Shown: in pieces, positions 37,247-46,872 of the stretch | Numbering within the stretch: position 1 is the first letter of the stretch | Layout: each line of letters begins with the position of its first letter | DNA from: a virus | Lineage: Duplodnaviria; Caudoviricetes | DNA: 64,000 nucleotides | Direction: 5' to 3' (one strand) | IMG/VR virus record: IMGVR_UViG_3300029288_000100 | Location: 1-64,000 of that record | Translations under genes and position numbers: made by a program | The notes under the pieces: model-generated | Seen by the model: only the letters and a program-made list of their open reading frames with translations | What the model was told of the DNA's origin: nothing | Databases searched by the model: none

Positions 37247-37941
37247 CCTGCCAGCACCGACCGCACAGACGACGCGTACCAGATGCCCCCGCGCTTCGTC
37301 GGCACCCGGTCCGCGTTCAGCCGCTCCGCGATCTCCCGGAGCGCCAGGCCTCGCGCACGCAGGTCCCGGATGGTGCCCAGCACCCGCTGCTCACCCGGGT
37401 CGACCTCGAACCTCTGCCCGACCCGGCGGAAGCCGAAGCGGTCGCGGGTGGTGACGCGCCCCTCGCGGTGGCACCTCTCCATCGCCTCCCGGGTGCGCTG
37501 CGCAATGAGGTCCCGCTCCATCTGCGCCAGCCCACCCAGGATGGTGAGCGTGAAGCGACCATGCGGGGTGGAGGAGTCGAGCTGCTCCCGGACCGACACG
37601 AACCCGCGGCCGGCGCGGTTGAGCTCGTCCACTGTCTGCAGGAGGTCCAGCGTGCTCCGCGAGAGTCGGTCGATAGCGTAGACCACGAGCGCGTCCGCCT
37701 CCCCGCGCCGAAGGCGATCCAGCACCTCCTGGACGCCCGGCCGATCGAGGTTCTTCCCTGAGGCGCCGCGGTCCGCCACCACGTCCACGAGCTCGCCGCC
37801 GGCGAAGCTCACGTACGCCCGGATCCGCTCCTCCTGCGCCTCGAGCGACACACCGTTCTCAGCCTGGTCCGACGTGCTCACCCGGATGTACCCAATGTAC
37901 CTCGACGAACGCGACGGCTGGAGCATCTTCACACGAGTCAT
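37243..37941 (-). CDS. Serine recombinase (resolvase domain plus recombinase DNA-binding domain)
   Basis: GYIRVSTSDQ, ASGKNLDRPG, IDRLSRS, LAQMERDLIAQRT, FGFR, LREIAERLN. Confidence 0.92.
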   Translation of the reverse strand: MTRVKMLQPSRSSRYIGYIRVSTSDQAENGVSLEAQEERIRAYVSFAGGELVDVVADRGASGKNLDRPGVQEVLDRLRRGEADALVVYAIDRLSRSTLDLLQTVDELNRAGRGFVSVREQLDSSTPHGRFTLTILGGLAQMERDLIAQRTREAMERCHREGRVTTRDRFGFRRVGQRFEVDPGEQRVLGTIRDLRARGLALREIAERLNADRVPTKRGGIWYASSVRSVLAG

Positions 37942-37968
37942 GGGCAGCCTCTTTGTTGGTACACCATC

Positions 37969-37997
37969 ATCTTAACCGCGGTTAACCGCGGGGTCAA
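37969..37997 (-). promoter_or_regulatory. Sigma70-type promoter of the serine recombinase with palindromic spacer
   Basis: TTGACC-17 nt-TAAGAT on minus strand; overlapping palindromes TTAACCGCGGTTAA and CCGCGGTTAACCGCGG. Confidence 0.65.
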
Positions 37998-38022
37998 CGA
38001 TATTCGGGAGGGATGGTGGTAG

Positions 38023-38205
38023 CTAGCCCGCTTTGTTCTGGCTAATCCGCGCTTCAACCACTCGGACAGCCGCTTGGAGCCCGTGTAGATATCCTTGGTA
38101 CTCAGAGAACAGCTCGGAGTCGAACGGTGCGACTGCCTGGTCTACCAGCTTTCTCAGGTCCGCGAGCACTTCGTTGAGTGCCCTATGTGCGTCAAGAGAA
38201 GTCAT
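38023..38205 (-). CDS. Small hypothetical protein
   Basis: 60-aa ORF, lower GC. Confidence 0.45.
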   Translation of the reverse strand: MTSLDAHRALNEVLADLRKLVDQAVAPFDSELFSEYQGYLHGLQAAVRVVEARISQNKAG

Positions 38206-38217
38206 ATGAACACCTGC

Positions 38218-39372
38218 TCAGGCGAGTCTCCGCACCCGACGAAAGTGCAAGAGCACCTGGGGACACACCAGCGAGCCGCGGACCGCGTCCTCGGGGGCGT
38301 CCGCCGGGTCTGTCCCCTCCGGCATCTGGTGCACGCGCACCTCTGAGAACACCGAGAAGCGACTGCGCACCGACTCCGCCAGCGCCGCGCCGCCGGCGTC
38401 CCCATCCGCCAGGCAGAGGACCATCCGGGCGCCACGGAGTGCCCTCGCCTGCGCCTCGTGTACGCGCCCGCCGAGGACCGCCCGCACGTTCCCCAGCGAC
38501 GTGAGCGCTGAGGCACCCAGCGCCACCAGCGTCCGCTGCACCCGGAGCGCGTCGAAGATCCCCTCCACGAGCACCACCGGGCGCGAGAGGTCCGGTTCCC
38601 CATCGCCCCACGTCACCCCCGCGGAGGGGAGCGGCACGCCCGGGCAGTAGCGCCCCTTGTCGCGGGACGGCAGCCGCCGGGTGATCCCGCGGACGAACCA
38701 GTTCACGTCCTCGCCGGCGCGCCGGATGGGGAAGAGCACGCCCGGCACCGTCCGACCCAGGGTGCTCTTGAGATCCGCGCCGGCCCGGCGCACCGCGCGC
38801 ACGCCGAGCTCCGCGGCACGCTTCGGCGTCACCCCGCGCCCGGCGAGGTAACGGAGGAACTCGGGGGTCGCCTGCTCAATGGGCTGCGACGGGGGCCAGA
38901 TCACCTCCGGCTGTGGGAGGGGAACCTTCGCGAGCCGCAACGCCTCGATCGCGCGCCAGTGTGCGTCCGGGTCCGGCTCCGCCTTCTTCACCCGCAGCTT
39001 GAGGTACTCGGCGCGCAGCCACTTCTCTGCGGTCTCCTCCTCGTCGTTCGTGCTGAAGCTACTGAACTTCCCTCGCTGGACCCGCGACACCAGGTCCAGG
39101 AACGACGCACCGTAGATGCTCCCACCCGGGTGTGACCAGCAGTTGAACCACCCGAGGCGGTTCCGCCCCTTCTCGTCGACGACCGGCTCGACGCAGACGT
39201 GGAATGAAGGGTGCGCCTCGACGTGGTCCGGATCCGGGCAGTAGCAGTAGAGGTCAGCCCCCTTGAGGTGACTCACCTGCACCCCAAGGTCCTCGAGCAC
39301 CTCCTCCAGGTCGAGTCGTTGGAGCATCCGCAGCATCCGGCTGATCCGGTGCTCCCTGGCCTCACTCGACAT
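38218..39372 (-). CDS. DNA primase (zinc finger plus TOPRIM)
   Basis: CPDPDH...PSF..FNCWS; VLVEGIFDAL; LADGDAGG. Confidence 0.88.
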   Translation of the reverse strand: MSSEAREHRISRMLRMLQRLDLEEVLEDLGVQVSHLKGADLYCYCPDPDHVEAHPSFHVCVEPVVDEKGRNRLGWFNCWSHPGGSIYGASFLDLVSRVQRGKFSSFSTNDEEETAEKWLRAEYLKLRVKKAEPDPDAHWRAIEALRLAKVPLPQPEVIWPPSQPIEQATPEFLRYLAGRGVTPKRAAELGVRAVRRAGADLKSTLGRTVPGVLFPIRRAGEDVNWFVRGITRRLPSRDKGRYCPGVPLPSAGVTWGDGEPDLSRPVVLVEGIFDALRVQRTLVALGASALTSLGNVRAVLGGRVHEAQARALRGARMVLCLADGDAGGAALAESVRSRFSVFSEVRVHQMPEGTDPADAPEDAVRGSLVCPQVLLHFRRVRRLA

Positions 39373-40714
39373 CGCGCGCCTCGCCCGGCACCTTGTCGGC
39401 CTCCGGTCGGTGACCTCCGACGCGCCCCCATGCCGCCTCGAAGTCGAACCCGACGATGAGCGGCGCCGGCCCCCTCCGCTGCTTGGCCACCGCCACCTCG
39501 AGCACGTCGTCCACCACGTTCACGTCGTAGTATCGGTCGCGGTGCAGAAGGAGGATCAGATCCGCGACCTCCTCGTACCCACCGGAGTTCTTGAGCTCAT
39601 CCAGCTTCGGTCGCTTCTCCCGCTCGCGCTTGATGCGCTTGATCTGCGCCACCACCACGGCGAAGAACCGGTGCCGCTCTGCCATGGTGTGGAGTCGGCG
39701 CAGCGCCTCCGTGATCTGCACCGCGCGATTCACACGGTCTCCGTCGCTGATCGGCACCGCGTACTCGAACAGATCCAGCACAACCACATCGAACCCACGC
39801 CCGCTCACCACCCGCTCAAGGTCGTCCAGGGTGTGGATAACCCGCGAGTCAGCGAAGAACAGGTTCCCACCACCGACCACACGCCGGACCGCCATCCGCA
39901 GAGTCAGGAGCTCCTCCTCGGTGAGATCATCAGGCCGCTTGATCAGCTTCTCGACCTCGACGCGCGCCCGCGCGCAGGCCATCTGATCCACGGTCGCCTG
40001 TGTCCCAACCTCGAGCGGACAGCTCAGGCAGCGACGTCCGTGCTCGGCCTGCCGGACGAGGAGGTTGTTCGCGAACGTTGTCTTGCCCATCCCGGGTCGA
40101 CCCGCCACCACCGCAAGGCGCCCCGGACGCGCCCCCTCGAAGAGCCACTGGTCGAGCGCGCTGAAGTGGAGCGGCTGAAACTGCGCCCGACCCTCTCGCT
40201 TGACCCGCTCGACGTCCTCGTACCACGGCCGCCAGATCTGCTCCCCAGGCTCCACCTCACGTGAGCCCGGGTCCGCGCCGCGCCGCAGCCCCTCCAGCAC
40301 CCGGCTGGCGGCGGCGGCGGCGTCCTCGAGCCGGCCAGCGGGGTCGTCGAGCGCCCCGTAGAGCTCGATGAAGTCCTCCTGCACCAGGCGCTTGGCCGCC
40401 GCGCGCTCCAGCGCCTCCAGGTGCAGGCTGAGGTTCGCCTCTGAGAGCGACCCGAGCTGCTCAAGGGTCGCCAGGTAGCGCGGCTCCACCGTCGACGGGA
40501 GCTGCACGAGCATCGTCTCCGAGGAGTACTCAGCCCCCACCTCGTGCAGCTTTCGCCGGGTCGCCAAGATCGCGCGATGATCCTCACGAGTGAACCAGTC
40601 GGGGTTCACCTTCGGCAACACCTGCGAAAGAACGTCTGTGCCAGCGATCAGCAGTGCGCCGAGGATGACCTGCTCGTTCTTGAGGTCAACCTCCAGCTGC
40701 GGTCCCTCGGCCAT
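39362..40714 (-). CDS. dnaB: Replicative DNA helicase
   Basis: EQVILGALL, AGRPGMGKT, AQIKR, RPKLDELKNSGGYEEVAD, AKQRRG. Confidence 0.93.
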   Translation of the reverse strand: MAEGPQLEVDLKNEQVILGALLIAGTDVLSQVLPKVNPDWFTREDHRAILATRRKLHEVGAEYSSETMLVQLPSTVEPRYLATLEQLGSLSEANLSLHLEALERAAAKRLVQEDFIELYGALDDPAGRLEDAAAAASRVLEGLRRGADPGSREVEPGEQIWRPWYEDVERVKREGRAQFQPLHFSALDQWLFEGARPGRLAVVAGRPGMGKTTFANNLLVRQAEHGRRCLSCPLEVGTQATVDQMACARARVEVEKLIKRPDDLTEEELLTLRMAVRRVVGGGNLFFADSRVIHTLDDLERVVSGRGFDVVVLDLFEYAVPISDGDRVNRAVQITEALRRLHTMAERHRFFAVVVAQIKRIKREREKRPKLDELKNSGGYEEVADLILLLHRDRYYDVNVVDDVLEVAVAKQRRGPAPLIVGFDFEAAWGRVGGHRPEADKVPGEARDVE

Positions 40715-41385
40715 CAGCCCCTCGTCCGCCGCGAGGTTCCACTGAGGGTGATCTGCGTGAAGGTCCCGAGGACCTCACGAAACCGATCCGGCAACTCCTC
40801 GTCACGGAGGTTACTGGTCACCACGGTCGACCGACCCGCCATGATCCGCTCATCGATCACGCGCTCGATGAACTCCTGCTCACCACGGAACCCGACGAAC
40901 CTACCAACATCGTCGATCGCGAGGAGCGGCGCATGGAAGGCCCGCCACCGCCGCTCATTGCTCGGGTGATCGCACTCGTCGTTCGGACCCACCCGCTGCT
41001 CAAAACGCACGTCAGCAAGGGACGAAGATGTGATGAAGTAGGGAACCTCAGAGCTGCTTCGGAACGCCACCCTCGGGTACGCGCGGCGAACCAACCACGC
41101 TGCGACTCGCGTCTTCCCAGTGCCGTAGATCCCTCGCAGGTAGATGAACTTGGGCTTGGGCTTGGCGTCTGCCAGCTCGTCTCCGATCTTCGCGAGCTGA
41201 GTGATCGCGACTCGGTAGACTGCGTCCCCATCGTCTCGCATGTCCTCCAGCTCGAGCGGAGCAAAGATCAGCGGAACGTTGCAGCGGATCACCAGCGCCC
41301 TCGTGAGCTTGTCGACGACACCAGCTGTTTGTAGTTCGATCTCGAGGCACCTCAAATCCTCTTGGTCCAGTCCGATCCCGTTCAC
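40714..41385 (-). CDS. DnaC/IstB-like helicase loader ATPase
   Basis: LRGIYGTGKT, LLAIDDVG, TVVTSNL; GTG 41385 overlaps upstream TGA. Confidence 0.88.
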   Translation of the reverse strand: MNGIGLDQEDLRCLEIELQTAGVVDKLTRALVIRCNVPLIFAPLELEDMRDDGDAVYRVAITQLAKIGDELADAKPKPKFIYLRGIYGTGKTRVAAWLVRRAYPRVAFRSSSEVPYFITSSSLADVRFEQRVGPNDECDHPSNERRWRAFHAPLLAIDDVGRFVGFRGEQEFIERVIDERIMAGRSTVVTSNLRDEELPDRFREVLGTFTQITLSGTSRRTRG

Positions 41386-42602
41386 TTCCGACCTCCGTTC
41401 GCGGCCTGATAACGCCGACACTCCTCAGCAGCCCGCTTGTCCCAGTACTCGCGGTCCGTCCCGCCGATGTTGTTCTTTTCGTGCTGCGTCAGCTCCCGCT
41501 TCCGCTTCGGCTGCTTCTGGTAGAGCCGCTGCACGTTGCCCTCCGAGCTCGGCGTCAGGAAGAACCGCAGGCTGCACGGCATGCCGAGGTCCTCCGCGCG
41601 CTCGAGGATCTTGTCCACCACCCCCTTAACCGGGATGAAGTCACCGTCGTGGAAGTTGTCGGTGAACCGCTTCACGTTGCGGAGGAGCGGCGCCATCCCG
41701 TGCACATCGACGGAGAAGAGCTGCCCATCCTCCTCCCCCCGGACCTCGAGAAAGCGGCACACCCAGTACCCGACGAGATCTGACGCCCGCCACTCCTTTG
41801 GGGGAAGGTCACGCCAGCGGGTGAACTCCCAGCGCTGCGAGGGCGTCCGCCGACACTCCTTCCCGGAGGGAGCTTGCTTCTTCACCCGAGGTTTGGACCT
41901 GACGTCTCCTGCCTTGGGCTTCGCCACCCGAGGGGGTGATGTGCTCTCCGCCACGGTCCGACTTCCACCATCCGGGTTCGGAGTCAACTCCTCTTCCTCG
42001 CCACCCTTCGCGTCGGGTAGCGGAGCGTCTCCTCCCTTGCTCCGCAGAGGCGGAGCGGTAGGGATCTTAGAACTGATCTTATTATGATCTAAGGGGGAGG
42101 GACCTGGGGTCCCCCCCAAACCGGACTTAAAGCCCCCCCTGTTCGGACTCGAAGCCCCCCCTGCTTCATCATCGTCTTCTTCCAACTCGACTGACCCGAG
42201 GAGGTGCCTCTCCGCGGTCGCGTGGATGGACTCCGGGACGAAGAGTTCAACGTCTATCACCTGTGTCCCGGAGCGCTTGCGTCGTCTGGTCCGCTGGAGG
42301 AAGTGTTTCTCCTCCATGTCGTCCATGGCTCGTCGCATGCTGCGGCGCACGTTGTCGCGGTCCTTGCGCAGCTCGTCCCGCTGAACAGGAGTCAGATCTC
42401 CATCTGGGTCGTGGAGTGCCGCGCGAACCTGGTCTGCCACACCGCGCATCGACAACTTCCAGCGCGTCTGCTGTGCGGTATAGAACACACCGTAGATGAT
42501 CTTCTGGAAGTCACTCAGTTGCTTGGGTCGACACTGCAGGATGGGGAGGGGGATCTGGATGAAGGGGTAGTTCCTCGGATTCGTCAGGTTAGCGTGTGAC
42601 AT
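41382..42602 (-). CDS. Phage replication initiator (lambda O-like position)
   Basis: N-terminal winged-helix-like region, low-complexity linker holding iterons, upstream of loader and helicase. Confidence 0.7.
   Translation of the reverse strand: MSHANLTNPRNYPFIQIPLPILQCRPKQLSDFQKIIYGVFYTAQQTRWKLSMRGVADQVRAALHDPDGDLTPVQRDELRKDRDNVRRSMRRAMDDMEEKHFLQRTRRRKRSGTQVIDVELFVPESIHATAERHLLGSVELEEDDDEAGGASSPNRGGFKSGLGGTPGPSPLDHNKISSKIPTAPPLRSKGGDAPLPDAKGGEEEELTPNPDGGSRTVAESTSPPRVAKPKAGDVRSKPRVKKQAPSGKECRRTPSQRWEFTRWRDLPPKEWRASDLVGYWVCRFLEVRGEEDGQLFSVDVHGMAPLLRNVKRFTDNFHDGDFIPVKGVVDKILERAEDLGMPCSLRFFLTPSSEGNVQRLYQKQPKRKRELTQHEKNNIGGTDREYWDKRAAEECRRYQAANGGRK
42063..42165. other. Putative replication origin inside initiator gene
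   Basis: 22-bp iterons CGGACTTAAAGCCCCCCCTGTT / CGGACTCGAAGCCCCCCCTGCT plus a degenerate third copy, next to an AT-rich tract with three GATCT repeats. Confidence 0.6.
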
Positions 42603-42909
42603 CGGTGGACTCCTGGCAGGTCGTGTGGAAAATGAACCCGTTCGCCAGAGCGGTCACTTTGAGTAGGTCCGCCGCAGTGAGATGCTCGATCATGCGCCGC
42701 ACGTGGGATCGACTCGTGCCGAACTCGCGCGCGAGGTAGGAGATGGTCGGGGACCAGCAGTGTGATTCATGCTCCCGGGTGAAGATGAACCCAAACAGCG
42801 CGTGCTCCTCCCAGGAGATCCTCTTCTTGGCGGCAGCACAGCGCGCGATCACAGGACACTGGTCAAAGAGGAAGTCTGTCAGGTGCGTCCCCGGTTGGTT
42901 CGCCTTCAT
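42589..42909 (-). CDS. HTH protein
   Basis: PTISYLAREFGTSRSHVRRMIEHL. Confidence 0.7.
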   Translation of the reverse strand: MKANQPGTHLTDFLFDQCPVIARCAAAKKRISWEEHALFGFIFTREHESHCWSPTISYLAREFGTSRSHVRRMIEHLTAADLLKVTALANGFIFHTTCQESTDVTR

Positions 42910-43099
42910 CTCATCAAGCTCCGGACAAGGCTCACCCAGGGTGCGCGAGCACCTCTTCGACGAAGACGGAGGTCTCTCTGGGTGAGCGGGGTTCTATCGT
43001 TCTGTGGCTGATCTCCGTCTTCTGCTCATGAGGTGCTCGCGCGAAGACGAGATTAGCCAGTTCGGTGGGCTGGTATCCAAGTAGAATGAGCGCTGCCGG

Positions 43100-43417
43100 C
43101 TACCCGACCTTCATCCATTCGCCAGTGGCGGGCGTGAAGCGCTCCGTCGGGAGGTGGCGCAGGTGCTGCTGGAAGTACCTCCCGGGGCTCGGCACCCGGC
43201 GGATCTCCTCGATGTGTTCTGGGGCATTCGGTGTGCGGTAGCGGTACACCGCGTTGTTCCGGAAGCGCACCAGCACGAACTTGCGATCCGGGTCGACGGC
43301 GATCGCGGAGAGGTTGGAGCTGGCGAGCTCGACCCATGAACCAGGTTCAGCTCCAAACAGGTCGCGGTCATCAGGAACAGCGTTCAACACATCGATGGCT
43401 TCCTCTGGTGTGATCAT
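43100..43417 (-). CDS. KTSC domain protein
   Basis: LASSNLSAIAVD..LVRFRNNAVYRY..PSPGRYFQQHLR; ATG 43417. Confidence 0.8.
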   Translation of the reverse strand: MITPEEAIDVLNAVPDDRDLFGAEPGSWVELASSNLSAIAVDPDRKFVLVRFRNNAVYRYRTPNAPEHIEEIRRVPSPGRYFQQHLRHLPTERFTPATGEWMKVG

Positions 43418-44181
43418 GTTTCCTCCATCAGGTCGGGTAGGTACGGGACCTCCCCGAGCTTCTCGGCTTCTGCTAGCATCTCTTCCGCGGTCGAGGTGCA
43501 GGCGGAGATCGCAGCGACCGGGGTTCCCCCGCGCATCACCACCAGCCGTTCCCTCCCGTCCGGTGCGTCCCGTGCCCAGGTATCCGCGCTGGACCGCGCG
43601 AGCGTCAGCAGGGCGTCCAGTGGGAAGAGCGCACCTCCGACCAGCGCCCAGCGGAGTCCACCTTCGTCCTTGACGCCGGTCCGCGGCTTCAGCTTCGGGA
43701 TCGGTCGGGGTTCCCCGTGCGGGGTGATCCACGTGTCCAGGTTCCGGACCGGGGGGTTCTTTTTCTCGGTCGGTTGGAGTCCTGGCACCACGCCCCCGTG
43801 GATCAGCGCCACGAGGTTCTTGTCGCGATGTCCGGCTAGCCACTCTGTCCCGAGGAGCGTGCTCACGGTCAGCGAGGACCACCAGGCGCCCCGCGGCCCA
43901 ACCGGGCGAGGAGTCACAGCCGGGCGGAGTCGCAGCCGGGCGCGCGCTCCGTTCAGATGCAGGTGGAGCCAGAGACCCTCGACATGGGCGATTGCCCCGC
44001 GCCATGCGCCGATCGACTCATGCAGCAACACCAGTGGTTGACCGCCGTTCCTGCCCCTCATGTCTGGTTTGGTGGTTTGTGCGCTCGCGGGGCGAAGTGC
44101 GGGCTCGAGCCATCCACCGTCCGATGCGCGGACGCGCAGGTCCCGCTCGTCACGCACCAGCCAGCCGCGAGGTACGCTCAT
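43414..44181 (-). CDS. Hypothetical protein
   Basis: ATG 44181 with ATGA overlaps on both sides. Confidence 0.55.
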   Translation of the reverse strand: MSVPRGWLVRDERDLRVRASDGGWLEPALRPASAQTTKPDMRGRNGGQPLVLLHESIGAWRGAIAHVEGLWLHLHLNGARARLRLRPAVTPRPVGPRGAWWSSLTVSTLLGTEWLAGHRDKNLVALIHGGVVPGLQPTEKKNPPVRNLDTWITPHGEPRPIPKLKPRTGVKDEGGLRWALVGGALFPLDALLTLARSSADTWARDAPDGRERLVVMRGGTPVAAISACTSTAEEMLAEAEKLGEVPYLPDLMEET

Positions 44182-45797
44182 CGCTCGCCCTCCAGCCGGC
44201 GCAGCAGCTCCGCGGAGAGGGGGACGCGGCGGCCGGGTTCCTCGCTGAACCAGACGCGGTGTGGTGGTCTCACAGCCTGCGCAACAGCGCGCGCGTGACT
44301 GCGCAGCGAACGGACGCGGTGGTCCCAGAAGTAGAAGTAGGTGGCGTCCGCTTTCCCTGCCGCGGGGCACTTCCGCTTGAAGCGCCCGAGCTGCTGGGTG
44401 AAGCGTCCCGGGTTCCCTGCCGCCGGCGTGCAGCCGAAGCCGCGCGCCAGGCGCGGGATGTTCATGCCCTCGTCGGCAACGGTCGTCCCCACCGCGCACA
44501 GGAGCGATCCGTCCGCAAGGTGCGTGGCGGTCCTGTCTGCCTCCCGGCTGCGGTCGCCACCCATCAGGGTTCCGCACTCGACGCCGCGCCGCCCGAGCCA
44601 GCGTTGCAGCTCCAGGCACAGCTCGCGGCGGTCACCGAGGAGCAGGCACGTCCGCCGCGCGGCGAGCTCGGGAAGGAGGTAGGACAGGATCCGCGCCTGG
44701 CGCTCGCGGTCCCCGACCATCGCGTCGAGCATCGCGCTGTACGGCCGCATCTCGGAGTGGTCACGCCCGTGCAGCTTGGCGAAGCGCTTGGCTGACGCCA
44801 TCGCCGTCTCGCCTTCTCTCCGCCGCCAGCTCTGCGCATCGAGCTCCTTCTCGCAGTGGAGGTCGAACTCGAACGCGGTGGGGACCACGACCACGTCGAC
44901 CGGGATGATCCGTCCGTAGCGGTCCAGGTCCTCGTCGCGGATCTCAAATAGGACATCTGGTACCAGTTTCATACGTTCGTTCAGCTCGCCGCCGAACGCA
45001 TCGCAGAGGAGCGGGTCCTTCCCGTCCTTCCGCCGCCAGGTGGCAGTGGCCCCGATGCGCCAGAGCGCTGGGAAGCGGTTGACCAAATCACTAATAGTAT
45101 TAGCGGGTTGGTGATGACACTCATCGACGAGCACGCACCCCCAGCGGCGGGCGAACCCGGGGTCGCGCTCCACCATGTTGGCGACGGTCTGCACCATCCC
45201 GACGCAGAGCCGCCCGTCGCCGTCGCGTTTCACCTTCCCGTAATGGACGCCGACCGACTTCTCCGGGAGGCCGAGGTGTGCGACCGCGGCGGCAATCCAG
45301 TCGCGGAGGATCCGCTCGGTGTGCACGAGGACGAGCGTGCGCTCCTGTGTCAGCGCCGCCAGCTTGAGCAGGATGCTCGTTTTGCCGCTGCTGCAGGGTC
45401 CAATGATCACGCCCTGCCGGCGCAGGTGCGCCTGACGCGCGGCGCTGCGCTGGTCCGGGTCGAGCGGGAAGGGCGCCCGGAACTCCAGACCTGTTGGCCC
45501 GGTGTCATGGACGCGGAGGTCGACCACCTGGGGTTCAACGCGCTCGCGCTCGAGCAGTGCGAGCAGGCGCCTCAGGCAGCCGCGACCGAGCCGCACCTCC
45601 CGCTCATCGACCTCCATCAGCGTCAGCTTGCGCAGCGTGGTCCCGACGAAGAACCCCATCCTTTCCTTCTTGATGTACTCGGGGTTCGCATAGCAAAACG
45701 TCCCGCGTAGGTCTGTGAGCTTGAGGCGGGTGCGCTCGAGCTCGGCGCAGTCGATTCGGATGTGGGTGTCGATGTGGAGGTGGAGCGGCTGGGTCAC
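44178..45797 (-). CDS. Superfamily 2 DNA helicase (UvsW/ResIII-like)
   Basis: GPCSSGKT, VDECHH, GATAT, EGMNIP, QQLGRFKR. Confidence 0.9.
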   Translation of the reverse strand: MTQPLHLHIDTHIRIDCAELERTRLKLTDLRGTFCYANPEYIKKERMGFFVGTTLRKLTLMEVDEREVRLGRGCLRRLLALLERERVEPQVVDLRVHDTGPTGLEFRAPFPLDPDQRSAARQAHLRRQGVIIGPCSSGKTSILLKLAALTQERTLVLVHTERILRDWIAAAVAHLGLPEKSVGVHYGKVKRDGDGRLCVGMVQTVANMVERDPGFARRWGCVLVDECHHQPANTISDLVNRFPALWRIGATATWRRKDGKDPLLCDAFGGELNERMKLVPDVLFEIRDEDLDRYGRIIPVDVVVVPTAFEFDLHCEKELDAQSWRRREGETAMASAKRFAKLHGRDHSEMRPYSAMLDAMVGDRERQARILSYLLPELAARRTCLLLGDRRELCLELQRWLGRRGVECGTLMGGDRSREADRTATHLADGSLLCAVGTTVADEGMNIPRLARGFGCTPAAGNPGRFTQQLGRFKRKCPAAGKADATYFYFWDHRVRSLRSHARAVAQAVRPPHRVWFSEEPGRRVPLSAELLRRLEGER

Positions 45798-45969
45798 GCC
45801 GGGCAGATATCCGGGACGAACCTCGCGGACGGTGCTCGAGCCGGGTCAGCTCCAGCAGATCGGGATCACCAGCGTACCCGCTCCTCCTCGCACTCGAGGC
45901 TGTTCCAGATCGCGCCCCAGGTGGCTGCGGTCCAGAACCAGACGAGGTCACACCAGGCGGCCCAGAGGC

Positions 45970-46536
45970 TCACAGCTCGCCCATCGCCAGTAAGTGGCGC
46001 TGGACTGCGACCTCCACCGGTCCGAGGGCGTCCTGATGGTCAGCCCGCTGCGGGATCTGCCAGGCCTCACCGAGCATGTGCCGCGCCTCATGGGCCAGGT
46101 GAGCCTTCCAGCCTGATGTGACCCCAGCCGGCCACTCGGCCGAGCCCCAGGCAAAACCGTAGCTCCCGCACCCGCTCTTGGGGCTGCAGTCGGGTCCCTT
46201 CGAGCCCATGGCGCACACTCCGGCCACCTTGCACGGCTCGGGACGCTGGACCACGCAGAAGCCGGGCCGGGGCTTGTCGAGGGCGCGGGCCGCCTGCTCG
46301 TAGGTAACCAGCCCGGCGCGGGTGGCCTCGTGAGTGTAGAGCACCACCAGGAGATCAGCGAAGCGGATGACCTCGGGATCAGCGCTGCAGGCCTGGACAG
46401 TGTTCAGGGTGTACTTGGTCTGCTGCCAGGCCGGAGTCAGCCCGTGGCGCGCGGTGGTGGAGCAGCCCGCGACGAGCAGCGCCAGGATCAGGAGGCCGGC
46501 GCGGTGGTTGTGCCACCCGGTTCCAAGGACCTCCAC
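45970..46536 (-). CDS. Putative lipoprotein with HExxH motif
   Basis: LLVAGC lipobox; AHEARH. Confidence 0.55.
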   Translation of the reverse strand: MEVLGTGWHNHRAGLLILALLVAGCSTTARHGLTPAWQQTKYTLNTVQACSADPEVIRFADLLVVLYTHEATRAGLVTYEQAARALDKPRPGFCVVQRPEPCKVAGVCAMGSKGPDCSPKSGCGSYGFAWGSAEWPAGVTSGWKAHLAHEARHMLGEAWQIPQRADHQDALGPVEVAVQRHLLAMGEL

Positions 46537-46539
46537 AGC

Positions 46540-46872
46540 TCACCTCCTGCCGGCGATCCGGCGCATGTCTCGCTGCATCTCCTGCAGCGTCTGGTTGATG
46601 GACCGCAGATCAGCCTGCGTCTGCAGCACCGCCCGCTCGTGTTCGGCCCGCGGGGTGTAGCGGCGGGGCATGTCCTGGTGCGCGCGGTCCACGTCGCTAT
46701 CGCAGTGCTGACGAATCGCGGCGCCCACCTCAGCCTTGACCCGCTCCTGCTGCTCGCCGGCGAACGCGAACACTGCGATCCCGAGAGAGACGATGAGCCC
46801 GAGCAGGCCGAGTGTGGGCACGCTGGACTTGAGTTTCGCCGCGCTGAGCGGCCCTGACGGCTCCTTGGTCAT
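46540..46872 (-). CDS. Single-TM coiled-coil protein (holin/spanin candidate)
   Basis: ATG 46872; one TM helix then coiled coil. Confidence 0.5.
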   Translation of the reverse strand: MTKEPSGPLSAAKLKSSVPTLGLLGLIVSLGIAVFAFAGEQQERVKAEVGAAIRQHCDSDVDRAHQDMPRRYTPRAEHERAVLQTQADLRSINQTLQEMQRDMRRIAGRR

